Shown here piece after piece: positions 35,401-47,649 of a DNA stretch of 64,000 nucleotides (position 1 is its first letter; each line of letters starts with the position of its first letter). The notes beneath the pieces were generated by a model. It saw nothing but the letters and a program-made list of their open reading frames with translations, was not told the origin of the DNA and did no database searches. The position numbers were made by a program, and so were the translations under genes. The DNA lies in NCBI GenBank assembly GCA_054600435.1, contig BAAIJX010000023.1:62001-126000 (forward strand), written 5' to 3'. This DNA is from Neophaeotheca triangularis (Eukaryota).

Positions 35401-37143
35401 GCGAGCGCTGCAGTGTATGGGACGGAGACCCCTCTCGCCGACTCTGTCGGCGCGGAAGCTCTCTCCTACTACAACCAGGCTTTGTCGCAAGCTTCATCTC
35501 ACTATGATGCCGCGATGTTGCGAGTCTCGGAACAAATCTCTGGCACCCCCTTGCCGATCCATGAGCAGATGTTTGCCAGCGTCGAGCAAGCATATTCGGA
35601 TTCGAAAGATGCAGCCACATCACGTTTGAGTGAATACTTCCCCAATGCCCCGCCAATGACCAGCGGTGGTTTTGGTGATGTACAGAGCGCCTACGCTTCC
35701 ATGTCTGTCATTGCCTCGTCCAGACTCAACGAAGGTCTCCAAGCTGCTTCTTCGCAGTTCTCCGAAGCTAAGATTGCCGTCGGTGTCGAACCAACGCCTG
35801 TATCTGAACAGTACCTCGACCAAGCCAGAGCGGCTTACTACCAAGGCATCGGGTACGCTCACGACCAGTACTCTCAATTCTTGTCGTCGGCTTCTGGTGC
35901 TGTGGGAGCTACTCCAACGCCTTGGCACCAAGCATACGTTGACTCGGCCTCCACTCAATACGAAGCTGCAGTTGCTGCTGCATCTTCGAACCTGCAAGTT
36001 CTGCTCGGTGCCGCGAGTACCATGGCTGGCAGCACTCCTACACCCGTCGCTCAATCGCTCTACGATGCCGCTTCGGCACAGTACGATGACGCGGTCCTTG
36101 CGGCTTCATCTCAATTCAGCGCCGCCCAAAAGATGGCCAGCGAAGCCATTTACGGAACGTCAACTGGTATGGCAGAGTCCTACGGTTCCGCCGCAAGCTC
36201 TGCGTTGTATGGTGGAGAGACCCCATGGGCTGAGGGAATGATGGCGCAAGCAGGACAAAATTGGGACGACATGATCTCCCTTGCCAGCGAACAAGTCTAC
36301 GGCACCCCACCGCCCTTCACCGCCTCCCTCTCCTCCTACGCCGCCCAGGCCAGCATCGCAGCCGCCTCGCAATTCGCAGCCATCCAGGACCTGTTCAACG
36401 AAATCGTCAACGACAAAGAACCCGACTTCACCGAATCCGTCATGAGCCGACTGCACTCGGCCTATTCCACCGGCTATCCGGCCATGGCGTCCAGCGCTTC
36501 CAGCTACGCCAGCGATGCTTACGCTTCCGCCTCTTCCGCTGTGGAATCCGTCTTCACCCCCCCGCCCACCGTCGAAGCGATGCTCGACAACATCCACAGC
36601 CAGCTCGACTCGGTCGTCGATGCCGCTAGCTCACAACTCTACGGCGCCGACAAAGGCACTTACGAAGAAGCCGCCGAAAACGCGGCCAACCAGGCCAGCG
36701 AAGCCCTTTACGGTCACGAAACCGGCTACCTCGAAGCCGCCTCCGCTAACCTCCTCGCCGCCGCCGAAACCGCCCAAACCGGTATCTCGGAAGCTCTCTT
36801 CGGCACCCCCACTATTACGGCTCTGGCCGACGACCCCACGGGCGCCGCCAAGAGTCTCTACAACGATTTCACAGAAGCCGCAAGCGAGCAGTACGACGCG
36901 GTGGCTTCCGGGCTCAGTTCCGCCGTCTATGGCCCCGAGCACGGCGCCATGGAGTCTGCGCAAGCGAGGATTGCGAGTGCGGTCGAGAGCGCGAGGGGTA
37001 GGATGGCCGCTTTTGGTGCTCAGGCGACTGGGGCTGTTGTTGGGGCTGCGTCCGGGGGTGAGGATGTCGAGGTTGAGCACGAGGCCGAGGAGGTTTTGAA
37101 GAGGAAGGAGGAGGAGATGGGGAAGGTGAGGGATGAGTTGTAA
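32491..37143 (+). CDS. She10-like type II ER membrane protein with Ala/Ser-rich repeats and C-terminal RDEL, ~1533 aa. Exons 32491-35291, 35343-37143
   Basis: Basic N-terminus, TM 'VLVWYSIITLAFRCP', 'PRICK..PYY..YAAPY' helical region, long coiled coil, 'KKVFGGAMAQ', terminal RDEL. One canonical intron; the joined CDS is 4602 nt. Family name is from recall. Confidence 0.82.
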
Positions 37144-37580
37144 TGGCGGTAGTGGGTATTGAGGTGATGGTGGAAGGGGTCGGTAGGGTGAGGGTTCAAG
37201 ACGATGGTCGAAACGTTTCATTCTCCTTTTGGTCTCGATCTACATGCCCGATTGCTGGATGGCGATGACGCTCTATTCCCCTCTTGCCTTGATTGTCGCT
37301 CTCTCTTGCTCTCTTTGTTCAGCGAGCGTTGCGCGCTTTTGGCCTTGTCATGTAAACATAACAGCACGAGCAACTTTGACGAGAATTATTTCCAATTCCA
37401 ACTCTTCTACGCTGTAGCGCACTGTATGTAGGCTCTCACCATCCTCCCATTCTCATCTCACTACCCTGCCCTACATCACACTCCTGCCAAGCATCGCCTT
37501 GGGGCCCCCTTAATTCCGCAAAAACCTGTATCAAACTCCAGCTACCAGCTACCAGCTACTAAGCATCTCCTCCACCCCAA

Positions 37581-38705
37581 TCAAGCTTTCAAAAAAGGCC
37601 AAACAACACACTCCACCCCATCATCAGGACAAACCTCCCTCCTCTCCAACTCCTTCATCCCGGGCCCAGTCGGCCCGTCCACAAACTTCCACAACAAATC
37701 CACCCCCAACCACCCAAAGTAATTTTCCTGCCTGTCATCGTCATCACCATCATCATCATCATCACCATCAGGATACTGCTGATCGCCCCAACGCCCCTGG
37801 TAATAAAGCCAACCAACCGGATCGTCGTCGCCACAATACGCCTCAAAACCCCCCCCGTCGGCATCGTAGCTGTAAGCAGAAGCCGAGAGCAGCGGATCCC
37901 AGTGGACGCCTTTATCGGCGGCATCCGCGACGACGGCGTCGGGGAGGTTGAAATTCGGAACCGCGTGCGCGTGCTTGCCGGGCGTGGCGTAGTTGGCGTG
38001 AGTGCCGTTGGCCACGTACACGACGGGCTGGAAAAAGACCATCACTCGTCAGTACAATTTTACCCGCCATGGATACTAGGATCGTGAGACCGAACTCACC
38101 CTTGCTCCCTCTTTCTCCACAATCGCCCATTCGAAAGCCTGGCCCCTAGCGTGCTGGCTGTACCATATCGCTTGTGGTTTGCCGTGGTCGAAACGTATCA
38201 TGTTGTGCTCCCAGTCGCCGACGTGGTTGCCGATGTTCAGGCCAAGGTACGAGCCCCCCCAGTCGAAGCTGTAGAAGTAGAAGTAGAAAGCGTCGATTAC
38301 GCCGTCGTGGTGGTCGTTGACGATGATGACGGTGTTTGTGGAATTCGGGGTTTTGCCCTCGGCGTTGGGGGTGGTGCCACGGAGCCAGGAGGCGTTGGGG
38401 ACGGCGCCGTCGAGGGTGGTTAGGTAGGTAGTTGAGTTGGTGAGGGTGTTGAGGGTGTTGAGGTTGCTGAGCGTTAGGGGGCAAGGGGCTTCTGGGATGG
38501 GGGACAAGTTGTTGGAGAAGGGTGTTGTGTTGTTGAGGTGGGTCTGGAGGTCTGCTGGTCTGTATGGATCTCTGGAGTAGAGGTAGGCGACGGGCGCATG
38601 GTCGAAGACGAAGGAGGGAATGTTGTTTTGGGCTTGACAGGCTGTGAGGGATGAGGCTGTGGTTAGAGTGCTTGCAAGCGTGAAGAAGGGGAGGATGAAT
38701 GCCAT
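37581..38705 (-). CDS. VPS62: Vps62-family protein, ~350 aa. Exons 38705-38100, 38027-37581
   Basis: Signal-like N-terminus, 'HAPVAYLYS.DPY.P', 'FYFYFYSF', 'GNHVGDWEH', 'GTHANYA', 'GRWGD', 'GPTGP'. Poly-Asp tract from a (GAT)n repeat. Confidence 0.85.
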
Positions 38706-39472
38706 TTTGCTGGTTGGAGAATAAGTGATTACACGCAGAGAGGACCCGGGGCTCACTCCCTGCTTTATGCTCTTCGAGCCGAGAGCGTCCTCGCGCTCTA
38801 CTACTCAAGAGTCCTCACGAGCGAGGTCAAATGTCCATCAGACCTACCAAAGGGATATTCGCCCGAGAGCTGCGCCAATACGGGATGAGTTCCAGTCGCG
38901 GACGTGCAAACATGGAGTTAGTAGCACCATTCCCATCAACCTATCAGCAACAACTTTCCCACAACAATCAGACACAGGCTTGAGGACGAGTGCGCAAAAA
39001 GCACTCTGATTCCCCTTATTACTATTGGTCGTGAGTGTTGATCTTGCGATATCATGTAAGCTCTCGAGGTCGTATTAAATATTAGTAGAAGCATACTGGA
39101 TGGAGCTTAGCGACCATGGTGAAAAAAGTTGAGCTCTGATTGGTCGAGTAATGGGGTCAAGCCGAATCACCGCAACTACTACAGCGCATCACAAGAACGA
39201 TAGCGACGGAGGTACGTGGTGTCAAAGGTAGTAATTTGATGATCTGCGAACTGTAATGTCGAGTCGCCGTTTTATCGTGGCCAAGTAAATTAGTTAGATG
39301 CCGAAACGCCAACCAGGAGTCCCACTCCCCCGTTTCCCGAAGGTGTTGAACCGGTATCTTTTTTCCGAAATGCCAGAACACCTTCGCTTTTTGATGAGTT
39401 GAACACGCTCGAAGTAAAACGTAAAGTCAAATGGTCGTCCAAGAGAAGTCACCAAACATGGTTCGAGATCCA

Positions 39473-41281
39473 TCAAAGGCCGTAAGCCGGAGGCGCCTCG
39501 TCCCGGCGACTGCCACTAGCCATGTACTCCTCGTCAGTCATGTGTGAAGGTCTCCAGATACCTTGCTCACCCCCTGTCGCTTTCTCCTCCGCAACTTTGC
39601 GAGCGATTTCGTGTGCCATCTTCATCAGCCAGGCTTGCTCGAGTATCCCACCTGAGCTACCAGCATTATCTGCAGGCTGTGGGTTGGCGAGCTCGTTCAA
39701 TCTCAGGCCAGAGAGTGATTGTGGCAGGGCTTCGGCAGTAGGTCTGTCGGAAGGAGCTTGACTTGGCTGCGTTCTTTGACCGCGATAGGGAGGCCGCGTG
39801 GGCCGGTCTTGTGGTGAAGATTCGGGAGCCTGCTTTGCTGGAAGGTATGTAGAGGCTCGCGGTGTACGGTCTATATCGTCGAAAGTATTCGCTGATATCG
39901 GCTCCCTAGGTGTGACCGGCCGACGTCGTATCGTGTTCTCACGTCGTGATTCTTCTGCCTGACGCCGCCTTGATGAAGCTCCCTTCCTCTCTGGGCTTTG
40001 AGGTGGTGTTGTGAGTTCTCCTTCACGCTCTTGGCTGCCGGTAGCACTGGTAGGCTCAGTCACGATGATGCTGCTTTGGTCGGCAGATCTACTACCACTT
40101 GCGCTTTCGGGATACCCAGTTGACTCGCTCGCTGCGTCACCGTTGTCCTTCTCTTTCTCAAGTGCAGTTTTGCGAAGATTGACCACTCTGTTCTTTCGCT
40201 TCTTGCCTGCTCGGCTCCGAGGTCCTGCGCTGCCAAGGCTGTATATAGAACCAGTAGAGGCGAAGCTTGCGAGGCTAGGCCTAGTACCGTGCGAAGCACT
40301 GTCCGAGGCCTGCGATGGTGTAGAAGGCGTCGTGTCGTGGATTCCGAGACTTGACTGTATCTTCGACAGCGTAGGTGGTCGGTAGGGCTGCGTGTAGGCG
40401 CTGGATGAGAAGCCTCGCTCTGTCGCACTTGCCCATGCGCGGTAGACGGTATCACTTATGCTGGGTGTAAACAACGATAGGGTGCGCTGCGATTCTGTCA
40501 GCGCCGCTAGTCGTAGCAAGCTCTTGGTCGAAAAGCTTGCGTAGGTATCCGGCTGTTGATCAAATGGCAGTGGCATCCCGTCGATGGTCGTGTCAGCAGT
40601 CTCATGTGATGATGCGGCAAAGGGATCGATCCCCTCTCTAGTGTCTGCAGAAGCCTTATTTGCTGCGTGTTCCTCAGCAGCTTGGTGCTCTGGGTTGAAC
40701 TTTCTCAGGGATAGGCGATGGATGATGGCGGGCAAGTCTTCCATGAACAACACCCGCAGCTGGCTTTCGATGGTCTTTTGGAGATAGTCACGAACAAATG
40801 GGATGCTATCGAATGTGCTCGAGACTTTGAGACTCTCCAAAGGGTCGTTCCTGAAGACGAGCGTGATTCCTTTTTGCCTTGAAAACACCAGTATCACAAA
40901 GCCAGACAGCCGAATATCAGACAGGGTGATTTGCAGCGGGATCGTCAAACCGGAACTCGCTGCGAGAGGGGAGGGCGACACGAAGCTAGGTTTTGTACTC
41001 AGATATGTATTCAACGGGTTTGCTTGAACCCTTGTCTTGAGCGTCAAGTATGCATCACCCCTGTAGCTCATCTTGAATATCCCTCTGAAGCGATCCTCAG
41101 CCAAGTCGCCAACCTCCAAAATCTCAAGCTCTGGGGGTTGAGATCCCAAGTTGAGCTCGTTCACAATGATGTCGTCGACGATGATCTCCGGTTTGGGCGA
41201 TTTGTTCAGGGCGCTTGTAAGCATGTCGCGCGCGCGTGACGTATCCGCTATCAGCGGTGACCAGTTGAATCCAAACGACAT
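39473..41281 (-). CDS. MDM34: ERMES subunit Mdm34 (SMP domain), 602 aa
   Basis: 'MSFGFNW', '[18 protein letters not shown]', 'FRGIFK', 'VQANPL', '[21 protein letters not shown]', C-terminal PPAY. Confidence 0.95.
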   Translation of the reverse strand: MSFGFNWSPLIADTSRARDMLTSALNKSPKPEIIVDDIIVNELNLGSQPPELEILEVGDLAEDRFRGIFKMSYRGDAYLTLKTRVQANPLNTYLSTKPSFVSPSPLAASSGLTIPLQITLSDIRLSGFVILVFSRQKGITLVFRNDPLESLKVSSTFDSIPFVRDYLQKTIESQLRVLFMEDLPAIIHRLSLRKFNPEHQAAEEHAANKASADTREGIDPFAASSHETADTTIDGMPLPFDQQPDTYASFSTKSLLRLAALTESQRTLSLFTPSISDTVYRAWASATERGFSSSAYTQPYRPPTLSKIQSSLGIHDTTPSTPSQASDSASHGTRPSLASFASTGSIYSLGSAGPRSRAGKKRKNRVVNLRKTALEKEKDNGDAASESTGYPESASGSRSADQSSIIVTEPTSATGSQEREGELTTPPQSPERKGASSRRRQAEESRRENTIRRRPVTPREPISANTFDDIDRTPRASTYLPAKQAPESSPQDRPTRPPYRGQRTQPSQAPSDRPTAEALPQSLSGLRLNELANPQPADNAGSSGGILEQAWLMKMAHEIARKVAEEKATGGEQGIWRPSHMTDEEYMASGSRRDEAPPAYGL

Positions 41282-43682
41282 GTTGGAATGAACGGAAAGA
41301 GGCGAGAAGCAAGAATCCTTTGTATCGTTCGCTATCTTGCAGGCGGTGCAAGACCGTTGATCGCGTGTATCATGAAGAGAGCACGCGAGCAGCTGGCCGT
41401 CGCTGCTCCGGACCTGAGGCTGGTTGCCGCTCGAGGTAGCTACGAGGCACTCGATATGGGTCTGTAGTGACTGCGCGTGTAGTTAAGGTACCGTCCGGAT
41501 CCAAAAGTAGTAGGGAGACGTAGTGTTGCTTCTTAGTAGGTAGGTAGGTATCGCTGCCTAGGTAAGGTGTGGTATCGAGGTAAGGTACCTAGAGAAGAAA
41601 CAACGGCAACGACTTGCGTAGAGTTTCGGCTTCTGTTCCGTCCCCACTCGTCACAGTCCACAAGCCGATGGCCCGGGCCAACGTCACCTCCTCAACTTCG
41701 ACATGTGACCCGTGGACACTGACAGCATCCTAAGCCTCTGCCTTCTATCTAGGTATTATCTCGGCTTTCGCCTCTCAGTGTAGAGGTTGGTCTGTCTCTG
41801 TGAAGGCGCCCCGAGGCGAAAAGAAGACCATTGCAATTTGGGCAAGAGTCACGATTCGGTCGAGCCGAAGTGGGTGTTCCATACAAACATACCTAGTTTG
41901 CAGGCAAAAAGGCAAACTTGGGCGGTACTTATCGCCCTGTGCTAATTCGCAACAACGTAGCTGTTTAACTCGATCTTGCCTGCACTGTCTCTAGCCACGC
42001 CCCTGATTGTGCCGTCTTTTCGAGTTCTCCCGATGCTTGGGAAGTTGCCAATCGACCCAACCAACAAGTATCAGCACTACTACTACTACTACTGAGAGAC
42101 GCGCACTGGGGATCTACGGCCGCCCTCCCCAGTCATCTGGGAGTTGAAAAGGCGGAAGTCATGTTCATGAGCCACTTGTGTGGTAATATAGGTCTCTGGA
42201 CGTCAATACAGTTTCCGTGTGCCCGGTCAATCTCCACTGACGATTGCCTGGCTCCGTAAGTGCCCGGCTCCTGAACGGACATCGCTTTCGATGTGACTTA
42301 TTCCCGTATGCCATTCCTTGACAATGTAGACTTCCGATATCTTTATGCCTTTCCCGGAGAGCACTTGTAAACCTCGGCAAGGCAAATGGATCCTGTTGAC
42401 ACATGGACCTTTCCGCTACCATTGAACTGTCTAAATCAGCCCTGTAATATCCATTGGCTTCCACTGGCGACTACAAAGTGCTCAATGTCGATGAGGTCAT
42501 TGACTACAGCGTCCAGTGGATCTGTTCATCTTGCTTTGGACAGGCTTCCACCACCTGGGCCTCCCACCCGGGACCGCGGCGAGACCGGCGGCCGTCGCCC
42601 TCCAGCTATTCCCATCATCGCCTGAGCAATCTTGCACTGATAGCAGGAGGCAAATTCAACTACACGTGCCGAGGAAGCTCGACTTTAAACCAGTACTCAC
42701 AAGTTGTGAGTATAGGTGGTTATGGCAGCAGTTTCTTCTACTGACTCATTCAATCGCCTGAGAGAGAAAGTAAGTAGGTGTATTCTCTGGATAGTGCTCG
42801 CAGTCGGGCGACAATTTCGTACCACACGCTGTGCTCGCCCCTTGTACCACGTCGTGGAAACACTTAACACATACGCCTATAATAAAACACAAAACCAGAC
42901 GCCCTCAAATGCACAGAATAAGAGGCAGCGTATGGTAAGCCTTTGCATGGCAAGATTGCAAGCTATAAGACATCGTTGTTCTTCGAGCACGACAGCATCT
43001 TCATCCCTCCTCTATCACCACAACAAGCATCGCACTTCTAGCACCTGACAATCAACGAGCCTCAACCCATTCACCCGAGAGCTTCCACCACGATTGCAAA
43101 CAGCAAGGAGACCCACCAAGAAGATGTGCTCCCCTACCAAGCCAACTTCCCTAGCCGACGCTCGCTTCAGCAGCCGCAGCGGGCGAGGTGGAGAAGGGGG
43201 ACAAGGCGGTCGCCCAACTACTCGACCTAGGATGGAGGGGTATTGGTAGGTCATAGCGATTCAAGCCGTAGATTTCCAACCGTCATCATCAGCTCACTCG
43301 ACCTAGGGTTTGTCATATCTGTCGCCAGACGAATCGTCCCATGAACACGAACCCGGAGCGCTGCCCGGTTTGTGGTCATTATTTTGATCGTTGCTGCTAT
43401 AGGTATCCGCGCGGGAGTTGAGGGGAATTGCTCAGCATTGCTCCGGTGAACTGAGGCTTGGGCGACGCAGGCTATCGGGAGCTATCCGTGGTGTGGGTAT
43501 TGGCTCGGGATATGAAGGGTTCAGTTTCAGTGATGATCATTTGCAGACGCTCAAACGAGTGTTGGTGTTTTCAAGTATGGCTGGTATTTGATTGAGTCTA
43601 GGTCTTCGTAGTCAAGGTCTAGTACAAGACGTAGCGGCCATATGAGCTTGCATGACGTATAAACCCGAGCTAGAGGATACAC

Positions 43683-44683
43683 TTATCTGCAATTGTAGCA
43701 GAACCCAGCGTCAAGGTCCACCTCACGGGTGCCGCCGCAGTTGCAACAACGCAATGGCCGCCATCCCCCCTTAGCCATCTCCCTTACTAATCGATAGCAC
43801 AGTGAGTGAAACTCACTTATCACCGCATCCACTTCCGGCTCTTCCAACATACTGCGATGCTCGAGCAAGGTCTGCACGACCATGTCCCTCAACTCCCCGA
43901 CCTCCTCGGCCGTGCTCGTGAAGACGATGTGGATAGCCCTCGCCACGCCCTCTTTGTTCCATCCGCTCGCCATCGCCGCCTTGAACCTGCTGGCTGCCAA
44001 CTCCGCCATGCCTGGAACTTGATATTTGGTCGCGATGGCAAAGGCTTTGGCGTGGAGGATGGTGCGCGAGTCCCCAGGAGTCTTAGTTGAGTTGCTGTCG
44101 GGAGGTGCGTCGGTCATGGCGGTATCCGATGGGAGCAACGGTGGCCCAACCTCGGGGGAGACTGCACGGAGTCTCCTAGGTCGTCTCGGCCCGGTGCCAG
44201 GGTCCGCTCGCGGTGAGGTTGGCTGCACAGGTGGTGCTGGAGTCACCGGTATCAGATTTTCCTCATAATCCAAATAGTAAAAATACCTCATCATCCCCTT
44301 CACCATCTCCGGTTCATCAGCCGACGCATCCTCCTCCCCTTCACCCACAGCTTTAAGCTCCACAATGCCCGTTTCACTCTCCTATAACAAATCAGCAACC
44401 ACTCGCAAACGAAGGTTATCTCTCTCTGCCAACTCACTTTGAAAGTCCCCTCCTTGCAACAGACCCGAAAATACTCAGATTGAGCGCAGAGTACTGCCTT
44501 ATGGGCTGCGAATTCGTACCAGCCGCATTTGATCTTGAGGTCGGAGAGGGTGGAGGTCGTGAAGAGTCTAAATGCTCAGTCAGTCAAGTAGAACGACCTT
44601 GTGAAAGTTTGCCTGGGTGGTAAACGTGAATCGTACCTGGCTAGACCTTCTTTGAGAGTTTGGATTTGCGTTGATTCGGCCAT
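43683..44683 (-). CDS. BTB/POZ-domain protein (paralog 1), ~291 aa. Exons 44683-44637, 44567-44438, 44381-43683
   Basis: SDLKIKCG..FAAHKAVLCAQSEYF...FKE; 'HAKAFAIATKYQV'; C-terminal CxxC..CxxC. Confidence 0.88.
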
Positions 44684-45097
44684 GTTTGATGGTGAAGAGG
44701 GGAGTAGAGGGTTGAATGGATTCCGAACTTTGAAGGACGGTGGTATTGGTGAAGATTGAAGGGAAGGTGGGTTGATTTGAGATAGAAACAGAAGTGTTTG
44801 GTGTTGTTGTTTGAGAGGTGTTGAAAGTATTGTATTGGCACCAAACGTAGCGCGGGAGCCTGCATGCGAGGTATCAATTCTCGCGGCAGGGGCAACGCGT
44901 GGAAGCGAGCAAGTGAACCGAGAAGATGGGATCGACCAGACGAAAATCGATGGGGCATTTAGCTGAATATAAGAAGCAAGCTTGAAAATAGAGAAGACGA
45001 GGTTCGCTCCCGGTGAATATGCACGCTCGCTGTATTGCTATGATACGTTTTCCGGCATCAAACTGTCACCTAATCGCTTAAAATAAAGGCTCCGACG

Positions 45098-46600
45098 CTA
45101 CCTCTTAGCGTCCCTGGCCCTCATGTCCTTCTTCACGGCGGCTGGCTTGCTGTACAACCACAGCGCCACAAAGCCCAACCAACCCGCAACCGTGACGGTA
45201 ATGCCGCTAATCCAGGGGTAAGCGCCAGAAATGACAAAACTCCTCGGCCACTCATCGTGAGCGAAGTGGCGGACAGTCACTGTCCTCTTTTCCTCCACGT
45301 TTGTTAAGAGCGGGCGGCGATACTCCACCATGAAGTTGAAGATACCGTGTTGATCGGGAAGATCGAATTCGGCGGTGAAGATGGTGGCGTTTGCCGTTGT
45401 AGAAGTGGGTTTTAGGTCCAGACGGTGGAAGGGCGAAAGCATGCTAACTTCGAGCTGGACGCTATCGCCCGGGGGGGTCGTGAAGGGTTCCCAGGAGCTG
45501 GATTCGGCGTTCCAGTTGCTGAGGGCGATGCTGTAATGGACGTGGTTCTTGATGCGGTAAATGCTTGGGTTGGTGTCGATGTGGCCTGGCATCTGGGCTA
45601 CCGCGGTGGAATTGGCTTGGGCGCCTTCGGCGAGGTAGTGGGTAACCGCGCCGGGACGCACGACGCCAAGTTCCTGGAAGGTCCATGCAGTGATCTTGCG
45701 TGAGAACTCATCGTTGGCAACTGTTTGGGCTTTGCCGCCAGGGAGTTGCACGCTAGCCTGCAGCCAGTCGTCTTGAAGCATTTCGGCGCTTCCTACAACG
45801 GCGAATCGGGCGGAGTTGCGACCCTGGAAAGCAGCTGCCAGAGACAACTGCGAGCCGGCCGCGAAGAGCTCCTCCATAGCTTCGTTCTCTTCTGTAGGGT
45901 TGTAGCTGTATGCGGAGCTCGGACTGGTAAGGATTGGGGAGAGCAGAGGAGAAACATTGCCCAGAACCTGGCCGACAGCCCTAGGTACCGCAAGGGGTCC
46001 GTCGACAGAGAACAAATCCGCGACACCCTTCTTGCTGGGTTTAGGAGAAGGGACAACAAGGACATCATGTTTCTCCGCGCTGCTCTTGACATCATAATTG
46101 ATATGATCAACGACCAGACTCTTTCTGTCGGCTGGTAGAGAAATGTCGAGTTCGAGGAGTAGGTTGCTAATCGCGCTCGGGACAGCTTGTTCGGCCGTCA
46201 AAGCGAGTAGGATATTGCCTCCTGCATTGATGAAGTCGACGAGAAGGTTGGGAGTGAGCTGGGGACCAAGACCCTTTGCCTTGGTGGGGAGGAGTAGGAC
46301 ATGCGCGTAGGCGGGTTCGCCGAATTCGAAGAGGGAGAGCCCTTCGTCCTTGGGTGTCTTGAAAGTCGGTTGGTATCCTCGAGCTGTACAATATGTGTCA
46401 GTCTCTCAGTCAGAATCGTGCTTGTAGTTACCCTCTTTCCCTCCGTAGTACCACTCACCCTTCAACGAATGCCAAAGCATGCCATACTTGTCTTGATCCG
46501 ACTTGTCCTCGTGTACGACCAGCAATTTGCTGCCCGCAGCGCTCAAAGCCTGCGCCAGACCAAATAGGCCCAGCAGCAAGCTAGCAATCAAAAAGCGCAT
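45098..46600 (-). CDS. WBP1: Oligosaccharyltransferase beta subunit (Wbp1/OST48), ~475 aa. Exons 46600-46459, 46383-45098
   Basis: Signal peptide, 'GGNILL', 'QGRNSARF', 'YRIKN', 'LPDQHGIFNF', 'VRHFAHDEWPRS', C-terminal TM. Confidence 0.95.
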
Positions 46601-46858
46601 CTTTATCGTTTGTCAATGGCAGTAGACTGTCCTTCTTCCTCTGCTCCATTCGTCTCAAGTTGGAGAGCTGTCTACGTTGCGCTTCGACGGGGCCCTGCCA
46701 AGACCTTGATCAAGATTGAGATAAGATAACATCAGCTTCTCTCTACAGGAACGGAACACAAGCTCCACTCTCCAGCAACCGCACCTGGTCAAGCCATTGA
46801 CTGCGCCAACATCTCTGCCCGACCCTACACTCTTCGCAGACCCTCGACTCTACTTATC

Positions 46859-47269
46859 ATGGCCCCCGTCGCTTTCTGGGAAGCCCCGCGCATGTACATG
46901 CAATGGGCAGTACGACACAAGCCCGCCATCGTATGGGCTATCGGTGTTGGCTGCGTCGGACCGCTCATGGTTGTATGTGTTGCACACTCTACGGCAGTAG
47001 GTCAACAGGGGATGCTGATACGCAGATTATAGGCCTTTGTTCCCCCAATCAGATACAGACTAGGCGATGGACCACGACAGCAGATTCCTCTTAGCTACCC
47101 GGGTAAGTCCCCTGCTCTCGCGACAAATCTATGCGCGAAAGAGATGGAAGGGAAGATTATTCGGGCAAAAGCGTGAAGTCTGGGACCCGGGAATTGTTGA
47201 CGTATATTAACATGTCGGCAATTAGTTCCCCAAGGACCTCGCAAGATACCCGAAGGTTTTGACGACTAA
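46859..47269 (+). CDS. NADH:ubiquinone oxidoreductase 9.5-kDa subunit (NI9M/NDUFA3-like), 75 aa. Exons 46859-46972, 47033-47102, 47226-47269
   Basis: Spliced translation MAPVAFWEAPRMYMQWAVRHKPAIVWAIGVGCVGPLMVAFVPPIRYRLGDGPRQQIPLSYPVPQGPRKIPEGFDD. Canonical introns; absent from the ORF track. Confidence 0.9.
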
Positions 47270-47649
47270 GCCGATGCCACCGGTGCGAGGCGCAAGAACT
47301 ATGGGAGCAGCCATGAGGACGTACAGCGAGTACGTGTGGCTAGGTGGAATGGCGTTCAGGAGCTATCAATGAGGATTTTGTGTACAGAAGCATACCATGA
47401 TATGAGAAGAGTCGAGTCAGTAGCCCAGAGCTTCATGTTCCAACCGACCACAAATACCCCGTTTCCCTTGCTGGAGACTCGCTGGCGAGAAAGTCTAAGT
47501 AAGTCCTTCATAAGGAAATTGCTCACGATTCAACTCCCCGGTCAAGAAGAAAGATGCGCTGTTCACCCGGCCCAGTCGCGATTGCAAATCCTCGCCCATC
47601 CCGCACCTCACCCACACGCTCGAACCTAACGCCCACCCCCCTACACCCC

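Noticed and set aside
39111..39146. Hairpin CGACCA...TGGTCG enclosing ATGGTGA and CTGA (C/D-box-like)
   Set aside because: Only 36 nt, too short for a snoRNA; the C box is imperfect and no guide is evident.
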